The notes: generated by a model from the sequence alone, not told the origin. Shown: positions 16,247 to 26,210, numbered from the stretch's first letter. The stretch is 32,000 nt of DNA from Promethearchaeota archaeon (GCA_030606485.1 JAUWGH010000004.1:330001-362000); one strand, 5' to 3'. Translations and numbers: made by a program.

Positions 16247-17833
16247 TTATTTTTCATAAAAATAGTTCCAAAAGGAATTAGTCAAATCATCATTTCGTGT
16301 TATTATACGATATATTGAATCTGTAGTAGTTTCATAAAGACCTGTATAACCATCTTCTCTCTTTATTTTGAAATTTAATTTATTTGTTAGAATATCTATT
16401 AATATTTTAACACAAGTTTCGGGTTTTCTACATACAATCACACCGATTGCAACTCCTGTATTTATATCAACTTGCATCGCTAATGGATGAAATTCTTTTA
16501 AAACTTTTGCTCTATGATCCCAATAAACTTTAGTTGCAATAGCTAATATTTTACAGATTTTTTCAAAATCATCTTTATTACTATCAATAAAATGTTGCTC
16601 TTTTGTTTCCCAAAAGGTATAAGGCTGATTAATTCGATGTTTATCTAATTTTTCAACAAAACTTAACAAAAATTTTTGAAACTTTAAGAATTTTTCTTTA
16701 TCTCCTGAAGAGAGTTTATTTAATTGAGATATAAATTCTGGCTTTGAAAAGATTCCTTCAGCTTTAAAATTTAAAATTCTTTTCTTAATATAATCAAGTG
16801 GATATTCTTTTATTTTATCTATTAATTTTTCTACGGGGTCATTTGGAATATATGCTATTACAGGTTTTTTTTGAGCTAATGTAGAAGCAAGTTCAGAATC
16901 TTTTCCAATAGAATCACTTTCCTGTACCATATAAATTGTACATTTTGCTCTTTTTAGCATTAATCCTTCAAGCAACCCCTTATCTCTTGATTCTTTACAA
17001 AATGATTGAGTGGGATCAAAAAATCGTATATTTAGATTAGAGATTTGTTTATCGTCCCTTATTCTTTTTAAAAAATTAAATACCTCTTCATATTCACATT
17101 TATTTCTCATAGATGTTGCTACATATACATCTAAATAGCTGTAAATTAAATATGCAAAGGTATTTTCTAAACCCATTTGTTGAAATATTTGTATATCATC
17201 ACTTTTACATTTTAATTCATTATAAAATTTTATATATTCATTATATTCCTCAGAATTTGTAAATCCTTTTTTTTTTGATAACTCTTCTATTTCTTTTTTT
17301 AAGAAATTTAATTCCCTCGCTAATTTTTGACCAGTTAAATAGCCCAAATAATATGTATTTTTCCCATCAATATCATATACTTCATGAATGGATGTTTTTC
17401 TTTTTCTATATACCTTGTCTATGTCAATTTCTTTATAGATATCTAATTTTTTTTCAATTTTCTCTTTTGTCTTTTCAGAAAGGAATTTAAATGTGAATCT
17501 AAAATTACCAAAGTGTAATAAACTGTATCCTCTAAATTTTTCTATACCAGATTTCAATTCTTTAAATTTTAATTCTTTTTTACCAAAAAAATATTCAAAA
17601 AAACTTTCTTTTACCCTGTTTTGATTTAGCAGTAATAATATTTCATTGAATTGTACATAATTTAAACCGTATTTATTAATATCTTTAATTATATTTTCTA
17701 AAATCTTCTTTTTTGCATTATTAATAATATCTTCTGAATATTCTTTATCACATAAAAATACAATAAAAGCTTTTAAAAAATTTTCAATTATATTTAGATC
17801 AAGAGGCCTTAAGTTAATATCTTCAAATTTCAA
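16247..17833 (-). CDS. 528-aa protein with a central nucleoside 2-deoxyribosyltransferase/deoxyribohydrolase-like (TIR-related Rossmannoid) domain
   Basis: LDVYVATSMR...FFDPTQ...D.GL.E.LML.RA...IY...DSIGKDSELA..LAQKKPVIAYIP (about 16844-17131) follows the NDT pattern YxAx..., F.P, D..G...E.G.A...KPV. Confidence 0.62.
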   Translation of the reverse strand: MKFEDINLRPLDLNIIENFLKAFIVFLCDKEYSEDIINNAKKKILENIIKDINKYGLNYVQFNEILLLLNQNRVKESFFEYFFGKKELKFKELKSGIEKFRGYSLLHFGNFRFTFKFLSEKTKEKIEKKLDIYKEIDIDKVYRKRKTSIHEVYDIDGKNTYYLGYLTGQKLARELNFLKKEIEELSKKKGFTNSEEYNEYIKFYNELKCKSDDIQIFQQMGLENTFAYLIYSYLDVYVATSMRNKCEYEEVFNFLKRIRDDKQISNLNIRFFDPTQSFCKESRDKGLLEGLMLKRAKCTIYMVQESDSIGKDSELASTLAQKKPVIAYIPNDPVEKLIDKIKEYPLDYIKKRILNFKAEGIFSKPEFISQLNKLSSGDKEKFLKFQKFLLSFVEKLDKHRINQPYTFWETKEQHFIDSNKDDFEKICKILAIATKVYWDHRAKVLKEFHPLAMQVDINTGVAIGVIVCRKPETCVKILIDILTNKLNFKIKREDGYTGLYETTTDSIYRIITRNDDLTNSFWNYFYEK

Positions 17834-18047
17834 TATAATTCACTCGAAAAGAAAATTTCTATTTTCTATATATATTTAGAAATTCAATTATTAATATCAA
17901 ATAAAAAGTTAAAATTATTTCTATCTCGCTTAAAAAAAATTATTTATTTATGGAGTAGGATGAGTTTTTTATGGGAATTAAATTCAAATTTAATAGAAAA
18001 ACTCCTTTAATTAGATTCAATAATGTTTTTATGAATTTATATTGATT

Positions 18048-19204
18048 CTAATTATTATTTGAATTTTTTTTCATTTTATCCAGAATTGGTAATAATTCAG
18101 GAAATAAATAAGAAACCTGTTCATAAATAGATTCTGCTTTCTTATGGGATTTTCTTTTAAGATGTGCAAAATGAAGTTATTCAAGAATATTAGGATCAAA
18201 TTTATTTTCTCTAGATGCATTTAAGCAAAAATCTTCTAATTCTTCCTATTCCTCTTGTTTTTTCAAAATATCAACAATGAATAGAAATATTTCAGGAGAT
18301 CGCTCATTAAATTCAATCCAACACTTTAATGCATAAATTTTTGCACTATCAAAGTCATTTTGAAGAAAATATGTTTTAGCATTATATTCTAAAAAAAATG
18401 CTTTAAAATGAAAAAATTTCTATTTAATTCAATAATGCTCAAGGCTTTATCAATAAATACTTTTGCTTTTTTTAAATTCTGGTTAATATCTATATAATAT
18501 TTCAAAAGATTCATATGTGTAATTAAATCAGATTCATATAATTCAAGAATCTTTTCTGCGGTGCTGAGAAATTTTTGATACATCTGATAACCAAAATATG
18601 AGAGTTGCATATTATGCAACATATCAATATCATTAGACCGAAATTTCAAATATTTCTCACCCCATTGAATTGATGCTTCACTTTTTTTTAACCTCGCTGT
18701 GATCTTATAAAGCATTCGGAAAATTTCAAGTGCTTGGTCAGTATCTTCTTTAATTTTTTTTAGTTCAGAATTTAGCTCTTCCTCCATTTCTTTTAATGAT
18801 GGTTCATCCATTGGTAGATCTTTCCAAGTAGTTGAAAAGCCTTTATCATATTCTAAAAATTTTCTCATGAAATAGTGTTCAAAATCGGTTAAATTTCGCA
18901 TTTGGGTAAAATCTAACTTCAAATTGAATCCTTTTATGATATCAACAATAATTCTATAACCCTCATCGCTTAATTGAAAATTGAAATTCTCGAATATGAG
19001 TTCTTGTAGAACACCTCTCTGAGTTCTGAATTCAATTTCATAAAGAAGCATTTCATAAATCATATCATTTGGCATTAAAAACCAAGGTTCGTCCTTATTA
19101 TCTCTTATTGGAAAGAAGCCACGTATCTCTCGCCATTTTTTTAATGCGTATTCCAGATTGACATTATCAATTTTAAATTTATTTCTAAAATCCTTCTGGA
19201 GCAA
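18048..19204 (-). pseudogene. Decaying TPR-repeat protein gene
   Basis: ORF 18389-19204 ends in TPR-like helices. After a -1 shift near 18390-18420 the TPR-like text continues (AFFLEYNAKTYFLQNDFDSAKIYALKC...PEIFLFIVDILKKQEE*EELEDF...PNILE*LHFAHLKRKSHKKAESIYEQV). In-frame stops at 18246-18248 and 18177-18179; the frame ends at 18048. Confidence 0.72.
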
Positions 19205-19497
19205 ACCGATATTTTCCAGATCCTACTCAATATGGTCTTGAAATAACTGATCTACAGGGAAATGAGAGAGATAAATTCATAAATATAATTAAATTGAATG
19301 AAGGAAACAAAATTGAGGCTTTACGAGAGATGTGGAAAAATAACAACCAGAAATTACATTTTACCAGAGGGGATCTTAAAGGGTTTCTGGAAAACAACAC
19401 GAGCCTGGACTTTCGGACATAAAATTTCAAATTTATAGCAAAATTAATGATAAGAAGAATAAAATAAGATATTACCCATCTTAAAGCAAAAAAAGAA

Positions 19498-20340
19498 TTA
19501 TTTTTTTAGTCTCGCTAAAGAAATTATTTCTTTTATTTTATCTTTTTCTTGGAATTTTGAATAATCTTTAAAATAATCTCTAATAATCGAATATTCTTGG
19601 GGGTCGAATTTATCTTCAAGCCAATGAAGTTTAGATTTAAATGGAATTAAGGAATAAAGATTATATCCTAATTCTTTAGCTTTTTCTTTAGCTCCTTGTT
19701 CTCGATCTATTAAAACCACTACATCATTACATATAACTTTTTTATTTCTTTGCTTAGCTTCATAAATCAATTGTTTTTTTACGAGATGTGCTGATTTAAA
19801 TTTAGTTACTAAATCATCAACAAGTATAATTGTTTCACCATCCTCAAATTCACCCTCTATTAATCTATGTTCGCCATAAGTCTTAATAAATTCCTCAAAA
19901 TCCTTAATTTCTCTTCCATTAACAATTTTTCGGTTATATAACGAAGGAATTTTACTAAATAAGGTAATAACTGTTGCAATTTGTGTACCTGTTGTTGCTA
20001 AACCAAGAATTTTATCAAATTTGAATATTTCATTTATAATTAGTAGACTAAGAGCTTTTCCTATTGCTTCCAATATGGAAGCTCCTTTTTTTTTACTTGA
20101 AATATCTCTAAGAGAAATATAGACTGGGCTCCATAATCTACTATTTAATATCCACCCTTCTTTTTTATCCTGAAACCATGTTTTAATTGCTCCACAATCA
20201 TATAATAGATCAAGTATATATCTACCTATTTGTTCTTTCTTTTCAAGCCAATTATCAATTTTCTTAAAGTTAAAGTTTAACAAACACTCTGGTATTAAGC
20301 TAAAACTCTCATTAGGTAGAATTATAATTTTTTCCACCAT
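19498..20340 (-). CDS. pyrE: Orotate phosphoribosyltransferase-like type I PRTase (divergent)
   Basis: WSPVYISLR, FDKILGLATTG, YNRK...YGEHRLIEG, PRPP loop ILVDDLVTKFKS, and VVLIDREQGA...GYNLYSL. Confidence 0.72.
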   Translation of the reverse strand: MVEKIIILPNESFSLIPECLLNFNFKKIDNWLEKKEQIGRYILDLLYDCGAIKTWFQDKKEGWILNSRLWSPVYISLRDISSKKKGASILEAIGKALSLLIINEIFKFDKILGLATTGTQIATVITLFSKIPSLYNRKIVNGREIKDFEEFIKTYGEHRLIEGEFEDGETIILVDDLVTKFKSAHLVKKQLIYEAKQRNKKVICNDVVVLIDREQGAKEKAKELGYNLYSLIPFKSKLHWLEDKFDPQEYSIIRDYFKDYSKFQEKDKIKEIISLARLKK

Positions 20341-20729
20341 AATAATAACTTCATATTTTTTTTTTTATATAAATTCTTCAAAATTTTTTTGTTGCCTACT
20401 TAATAATGCCAGTAATTATAAAAACTCCACAATTATTTAAAGAGATTATTGTTTTTTATTTTTTCCATATTATTAGAATTATGTCGATATATTCATATTT
20501 TCACTTAGATATTTAGCCAAATTTTTTTTAGGGTTCTTTAATATTAACTATTTCTTTCGAGATATATAAATTTAGTCTTAAAAAATAAAGAGACTCCTAA
20601 AAAATTTAATAAAATGTAATTATTTTTAATTTTTAGATTATTTAAAAATAATTCTGGGCTTTAACGACATAATTCTCTAAAAGTCCCAAAAAATGAAACA
20701 TTTAAAAGATTTTAATATATTTAATATTT

Positions 20730-21047
20730 ATGCAAAATTTTGAGTTCTCAGAAGACACTTCAATCAAGAACTTTTTAAATAGAAAGGCAATAAATTTGTT
20801 ATGTCTTTTAAATAGAGAATCTGAACTTTTAAGTGGAGATTTTTTGGATCTAGTGAAAAATCGTAAATTGATGTCAAAAAGTTCTTTTTTCAGATATGTT
20901 TCATGTCTTGAAAAATTTAATTTACTCAGTAAAAACCACTGGAAAGAAAGAAAAAAAGGATATTTTGTATATTATAAACTAACAGAAAGAGGAAAGGAAC
21001 TACTTAATATGATGATAGAATATTTTTCAAAAAAATCGTTATTTTAA
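20730..21047 (+). CDS. Winged-helix transcriptional regulator (MarR/HxlR/ArsR-like)
   Basis: SKSSFFRYVSCLEKFNLL...VYYKLTERGKELL pattern. Confidence 0.8.
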   Translation: MQNFEFSEDTSIKNFLNRKAINLLCLLNRESELLSGDFLDLVKNRKLMSKSSFFRYVSCLEKFNLLSKNHWKERKKGYFVYYKLTERGKELLNMMIEYFSKKSLF

Positions 21048-21164
21048 CGTGAAAAGAATGAATTTTATTATAGTTTTAATTATACAGAAATTTTACAAAT
21101 TAAGTTGTAATTTTATAATTAAGTGTTTCTGTTAGATTTATTCAAATAAATCTAAATTCTATTT

Positions 21165-21707
21165 TTATTCACCCATTTCTGCTTGTAATTTTAATAATTT
21201 TTTTCTTTCTGAGGCGTATTCTTCATTCGATACCTTTTCTTCTAGCCAATCTTTCTCAAGTAGTTCCATTTTTTTACGCATTTGCTCTAATTGTTTTTTC
21301 TTTTTTGCCTTCTCAAAGTTATTTAACGCTTTTTGGGCTAATTTTTTAATTTTTTCATTTTCATTTTTAAGGAGTTTTTCTATATATGGTATAATTGGCT
21401 TAGCTATTTCAGTTTTTTTCCTAGTAATTTCCTCTAAACGTGTTAATAACGTTAATTTTTCCTCGCTATTTTCTGTTTCTAAACCTTTAGCCATTAAAGG
21501 GATAGCAACATCTTTAACAAGTTCGTCTAAGTGTTTATTTATTTGAGATCTTAATTTATTATTAGTAAATCTTGATAAATTGTCTTTTCGATATTTTTCA
21601 ATAATTAAAATTGGAATTTCAGGAGGCCAACTCATCATTTTTTCTTTATCAATTAATTGAACAATGCCACCATCGATATTTTTATTATTTTTATAAAATA
21701 TTTTCAT
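21165..21707 (-). CDS. Hypothetical protein with a HEAT-like repeat and a short C-terminal helical (SHOCT-like) module
   Basis: IPYIEKLLKNENEKIKKLAQKAL and LEKDWLEEKVSNEEYASERKKLL. The ATG is 1 nt after the top6A stop. Confidence 0.7.
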   Translation of the reverse strand: MKIFYKNNKNIDGGIVQLIDKEKMMSWPPEIPILIIEKYRKDNLSRFTNNKLRSQINKHLDELVKDVAIPLMAKGLETENSEEKLTLLTRLEEITRKKTEIAKPIIPYIEKLLKNENEKIKKLAQKALNNFEKAKKKKQLEQMRKKMELLEKDWLEEKVSNEEYASERKKLLKLQAEMGE

Positions 21708-21708
21708 C

Positions 21709-22893
21709 TTATATCCAATCCCCCGTAGTTAATTTTGTTGGTAAATACTTATCGCCTAAAAAGTCAAATCCATGAGAAGAAAAGGCTTGGATTTCCGCCT
21801 TTATTTTTAATTTAAGGGCTAATTTGAGATCTGCTTCCCATTTTTTATTTTTTTTAACGAACTTTTCTTTTAACATATCCTTTATCCTCTTAATGTCATT
21901 TGAATTCATAGGAATTCTTGCTTCTTCAGGTATTTTATATTCATCAAGATCTTTAGTTAATACGCCGAGGAGTTTAATATTGGGAGTTGCGAGAAAAGGT
22001 GATTCGTAGCTTAACCTTTTAGAGCCTCTCAAATAAACGGAATGAATATAATGTCCATAAGGATCACTATCAACTAATGAAAATATTGGAAGATTCAATT
22101 CTTTACTAAGGCGCTTTAAAAACATTCTAACTGCAACGTTTCCAACGCCTTGAGCCGTTATCAGAATACTAGGATATTTTTCCCAGAATTTATGCTTGTT
22201 AAGGCGCATCATAGCGGCGTCTTTTTCTATTACTAAAATAAATTCGGCATCTGATTCAATTATATCTATTTCATCTAACATAGTAGATACTTGCCAATAT
22301 CCACTTCCTTGTCTTTCAAGGTCAATTATTTCAGCACCATCTCTAATTCTAAGCTTACCAACACACGCACCCCTTGGAGCAGCAATAATGTGAGTTGAAT
22401 TTCTTGTAGTATATAACATAGTAGAAATATCTTCTATACTCTTATCACTATTCTTCTGATCTTTAAATAATCTCACAGCAGTATAGAAAATTTCACGTTT
22501 AGTTGCGTAATCATTTGTCTTAAGGAGTTCATAGACATTTTCTAAAACTTTCATTAATCTAGTAATATCTTCAACACTAGCAAGACTGTGAAATTGTTTT
22601 TCCACTATCTGCTTTCCTAATAGCAATAAGTCGTTTTCTTCATCCCATATTATATTTGATCCTGACCTCGAGGGCAGTTCAATTGAAGGTCGGCCTGTAT
22701 TGTAAATCATCTGGACTAATTTATCTATAAGTTCGTTAATTCTACTAATTGTATTTTTTACAGAGAGATCTTCAATTTTAATTGTATCTTCTGGGAATTT
22801 TATTTCCTTTTTGTATTGTCCTATTTCTAAATATTGTCTTAATAGATCCTTAGTAGCTTTTAAATCGTAGTTTTTTTTACTTTTTGATGCCAT
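21709..22893 (-). CDS. top6A: DNA topoisomerase VI subunit A (Spo11 homologue)
   Basis: Catalytic TKREIFY, Toprim FILVIEKDA, DSDPYG, KAEIQAF. Confidence 0.96.
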   Translation of the reverse strand: MASKSKKNYDLKATKDLLRQYLEIGQYKKEIKFPEDTIKIEDLSVKNTISRINELIDKLVQMIYNTGRPSIELPSRSGSNIIWDEENDLLLLGKQIVEKQFHSLASVEDITRLMKVLENVYELLKTNDYATKREIFYTAVRLFKDQKNSDKSIEDISTMLYTTRNSTHIIAAPRGACVGKLRIRDGAEIIDLERQGSGYWQVSTMLDEIDIIESDAEFILVIEKDAAMMRLNKHKFWEKYPSILITAQGVGNVAVRMFLKRLSKELNLPIFSLVDSDPYGHYIHSVYLRGSKRLSYESPFLATPNIKLLGVLTKDLDEYKIPEEARIPMNSNDIKRIKDMLKEKFVKKNKKWEADLKLALKLKIKAEIQAFSSHGFDFLGDKYLPTKLTTGDWI

Positions 22894-22907
22894 TTTATTT
22901 GCCTATT

Positions 22908-25907
22908 TTATTTTTTTAACTTCCAATATTTTTTCCCACTTTGAATATTAACTAAGACTTTATTTTCCCGTTCAAGTTGTTTAAGTTTAACCTGTAATAA
23001 TCGGGCATCCATCATATCACTAATTCCTAATCTAAATATCAAGTGCTTAATTGATTGCCATTCATCATTTAAGATAGAGAAGGTTTTTTCTGTTGTTATT
23101 ATAGGTAATGATGTTTGTAGAGTTTTTTTCAAAGGTTTTTTAATAGGTGTTATTTTTTGTGGAGTTCCGGGTTTTTTAGCCATTGGTATGGGTTGGTAGG
23201 TTTTAGGTTTTGAAATTAATGGTGTTGTAGTTAGTTTCTTAGGAGTGGAAGTTTTTTTAGGAATAGTGACAGGAATTTTTCCCATTAATGCAGGAATTTT
23301 AGTTTGTATGGACGGTGTAATTATTTTTTCTGGTTGAGGTTTAGGAGAGATTTGAGGAACCTTTATAGCAGGTTTCGGTAGTTTCGATATAATTTTTGAT
23401 GGAATTATAGGAGGTTTTTCAACTATAGGTACTTCTGGCAATAACACCTTCTCTGGCTTTTCACCAATAGCACTACGCAATAGATTTTCTAATTCAACCT
23501 TTTTCAATTTATTTTTATATTTATCTTCATTTTTTGCAATATTATAAAGAGAATTAACAAAAATTGGAATATATTTCAAAATTTTTTTCTCTCTATCCAT
23601 GCCTTTTCGTATTTTTTCTCTTCTGTTTAAATAACTCTTAATCTGGAGACCAATTTTCTGAAGAGTTAATTTTATTTCTGTCATTAAAATTTCATCTTCA
23701 GCCAATGCATTTTTTGACTGAGATTTGAACATAAGATGAACAAATGGACCAGAAACATTTATTATTAGTCTAAGAGGTCCTTTAGGCAAGCCGTTATCAT
23801 AAACATCTAATTTGTAATTCTCCTTCCACTTGACGGACTGTGCTGCTTTCATTATAGCACAATCTGCACTATCTCGCAATTTCGATGTGCGATTAACATA
23901 TCTTAAAAGAGCCTCCCTAGGTAATTTTGGACTCTCTAATCCATCTTTATAAGCTAATGCAGCCTCAACCACAAATGCAAGGCCTTTTCCACTCGTAGGT
24001 GATCTAGTTTCAGCTGCAACAAAATCTTTTGGCATCATTTCATTGATTTCTCTTTGAGTTTCATTTTCAGTAATACTTTGAAGATCTATTTTGGATTCAT
24101 CAATATCTTCGAGATTAGTAGAAACGTTTAGATTATATTCGTCAATTAAAATGTTTTTTAATATAGTTGAGCCAATAGGTATTGCTGTATCGGTCGGGGG
24201 AGATAAGTATTTAATAGATTTAAAAGCTAGAAATAACTCATTAAATTGATCACTTGTTATTTCAACAGGTTTAGTTTTAGAAATTATAACTTTTTTAATT
24301 AATTCTAAATTCTTTTTTCGAACTTCAGGAGATTTAATTTCCGTAATTCCATCTTTTATATTTTTAAACTTCTCTTCTAATTTCTTTTTAACTTCATCCT
24401 TTTCATTATCAATTTTTTTAATACTATTCTTAAAATTAGTTATAACCTTCTTTATATCTTTTTCTTGTCCCTTAGAAATCTTCTCTTTATCAAATTTTTT
24501 TCTCTGAGATTTAATTTTTTTCTGTATTTCTTCAATTTCTTTACATTTTTCATTGAATTGATTAATTAATTCCCAGTAATTTTTTTTTAAGTCTATATTT
24601 TCAATTTTATAGGTTATTAGATGGTCTCTTTTTTGTGTAGATTTTCCCCAGACTCTTGGTTCATAGCGCATTAAATATATTGGAGAAGTCAATTTTGGGG
24701 CTCTATTAATATAAAATTTATCTACTACTAATAGATTTAATTTCTCCTCTAATTGCCGTTCAGCTTTATTAGTTATAGTTTTTGCAATTTTTGAGCTCAT
24801 TCTAACAAAACTGTCCTGTAAGAAGGAAGATATTGTTTTATGTTCAGATTTTGTAATATAATCTTGAAAATCTCCAATATTTACAGAAGAGGGATGTGGT
24901 AATGCATATTTTGGTTCTGAAGGAAATATATTAACCCTTCTGGAATAATTAAAATTTTCATTATTTGGATCGATATATTTTATAGTAACATGAGGGTTCA
25001 TTAGTGCTGTTTTTTTAATATAATCATCAACATAACGTGATATATATTTAATATTCAAATAATTCAATTTTATATATGTTCCATGAAGAAATGATGTTTC
25101 AATTTCTGTATGGGGTACAACATATTTCTTTTCATTTTTTGAAGTTGTAAAAAATTGAGAGGCTGTTGCATAAACATCAAATTGTGTTTTGGAAACAGCA
25201 ATTATTGGTTCTCCTGTCGTATTTTGTGAATCACTAAATGCACTAGGAGCTCCAAACCCTTGACTACCTCTGGTTTGTTTTAATTTTACGCTTTTACTTG
25301 ATGCTAAATAGATACCGAATTTTCTTAAATCAGAACGATTCATTCCAGTTCCGTTATCAAAAATCTCAAATGTATATCTCATTATATTTTTTTTCCCTAA
25401 TTCATCTGTCAAAACAGAAGGAGCTTCAGATTCTGTTAATTTAATAATTACAATTGGCTCAATATCTACGATATTCTCAAATGGTTGGAGTAATTTCTCC
25501 ATATCAAGAACTAAATTTTTTACTAACTTCTCTTTTTTCTTTTTATCTCTTTTTTCTGTAGGTTTTCCTTCAGTTAATATATATTTTTTTTGACTTATTT
25601 CTGTTTTTAATTCCATTTCTGAAGTTTTATAACCTTCTCCCTCAATTTCCTTAATTAGATCTTCATTTAATTTGTTTCCAAATTTTATAACATCAAAATC
25701 TTTATCTACAGAGAAAGCTGTCTTTGAACCTTTTTTCAATTGTTCCCATTGGAAAGATTCAACCGCATCAATAGCATTGTCCATGAATTCTGCTGCATAT
25801 TGAACATGTTTCCAATGACCAAACTCAAATCCAACTAACTGAGTTCTCTTTCTCATAAACTCGGCAATCGTGCCTTCTTTTATTTTACCTTCTTGGTCGT
25901 CTGTCAC
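22908..25907 (-). CDS. top6B: DNA topoisomerase VI subunit B, greatly extended (999 aa)
   Basis: GHKL motifs EFMDNAIDA, DNGTGM, TRGSQGFG and HGT; NPHV; PHP; transducer FVAAETR.P...VEAALAY, LRYVNR and FKSQSKNA. Directly upstream of top6A. Confidence 0.95.
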   Translation of the reverse strand: MTDDQEGKIKEGTIAEFMRKRTQLVGFEFGHWKHVQYAAEFMDNAIDAVESFQWEQLKKGSKTAFSVDKDFDVIKFGNKLNEDLIKEIEGEGYKTSEMELKTEISQKKYILTEGKPTEKRDKKKKEKLVKNLVLDMEKLLQPFENIVDIEPIVIIKLTESEAPSVLTDELGKKNIMRYTFEIFDNGTGMNRSDLRKFGIYLASSKSVKLKQTRGSQGFGAPSAFSDSQNTTGEPIIAVSKTQFDVYATASQFFTTSKNEKKYVVPHTEIETSFLHGTYIKLNYLNIKYISRYVDDYIKKTALMNPHVTIKYIDPNNENFNYSRRVNIFPSEPKYALPHPSSVNIGDFQDYITKSEHKTISSFLQDSFVRMSSKIAKTITNKAERQLEEKLNLLVVDKFYINRAPKLTSPIYLMRYEPRVWGKSTQKRDHLITYKIENIDLKKNYWELINQFNEKCKEIEEIQKKIKSQRKKFDKEKISKGQEKDIKKVITNFKNSIKKIDNEKDEVKKKLEEKFKNIKDGITEIKSPEVRKKNLELIKKVIISKTKPVEITSDQFNELFLAFKSIKYLSPPTDTAIPIGSTILKNILIDEYNLNVSTNLEDIDESKIDLQSITENETQREINEMMPKDFVAAETRSPTSGKGLAFVVEAALAYKDGLESPKLPREALLRYVNRTSKLRDSADCAIMKAAQSVKWKENYKLDVYDNGLPKGPLRLIINVSGPFVHLMFKSQSKNALAEDEILMTEIKLTLQKIGLQIKSYLNRREKIRKGMDREKKILKYIPIFVNSLYNIAKNEDKYKNKLKKVELENLLRSAIGEKPEKVLLPEVPIVEKPPIIPSKIISKLPKPAIKVPQISPKPQPEKIITPSIQTKIPALMGKIPVTIPKKTSTPKKLTTTPLISKPKTYQPIPMAKKPGTPQKITPIKKPLKKTLQTSLPIITTEKTFSILNDEWQSIKHLIFRLGISDMMDARLLQVKLKQLERENKVLVNIQSGKKYWKLKK

Positions 25908-26210
25908 TTTTTTTCTCGAACTATTTTTAACTCTACCACAGAATGGATGTTATTTTTATATATTTAAATTTGGTTGTATACTTGTGATATATCTATATTA
26001 TTAACTCTATAATTTGTTACTCATATTACCTAGTATATTTATCTCCTTTACTGCCTCTTTAATTTCTTTTTTACTTTTCAATTTAAATCAGAAATAATTC
26101 TAATATTTAAATTTTTTTCTTTAACCAAATTCAAATGAAAAAATGCAAATAACTATATTTAAAAATAAGGAGTTTATATGTTAATATCAAAAATAAGAGA
26201 CATAAATTAT

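Noticed and set aside
19189-19422. Start-less plus-strand open frame with protein-like text (ANRYFPDPTQYGLEITDLQGNERDKF...)
   Set aside because: It has no upstream start codon and no recognisable family. It may be a gene remnant but cannot be supported.
9573-22893. Reading the SMC operon plus top6A as a Wadjet (JetABCD) system
   Set aside because: The Toprim gene is a canonical top6A in an operon with top6B, about 7 kb from the SMC gene on the other strand. The SMC is short, has a zinc hook rather than a hinge, and no kleisin is recognisable.
9573-25907. A proto-meiotic toolkit cluster (Spo11/Top6B, Pch2-like AAA, SMC, histone)
   Set aside because: Topo VI is a standard archaeal housekeeping enzyme separated from the operon by unrelated genes, no HORMA domain is recognisable, and proximity alone is not evidence.
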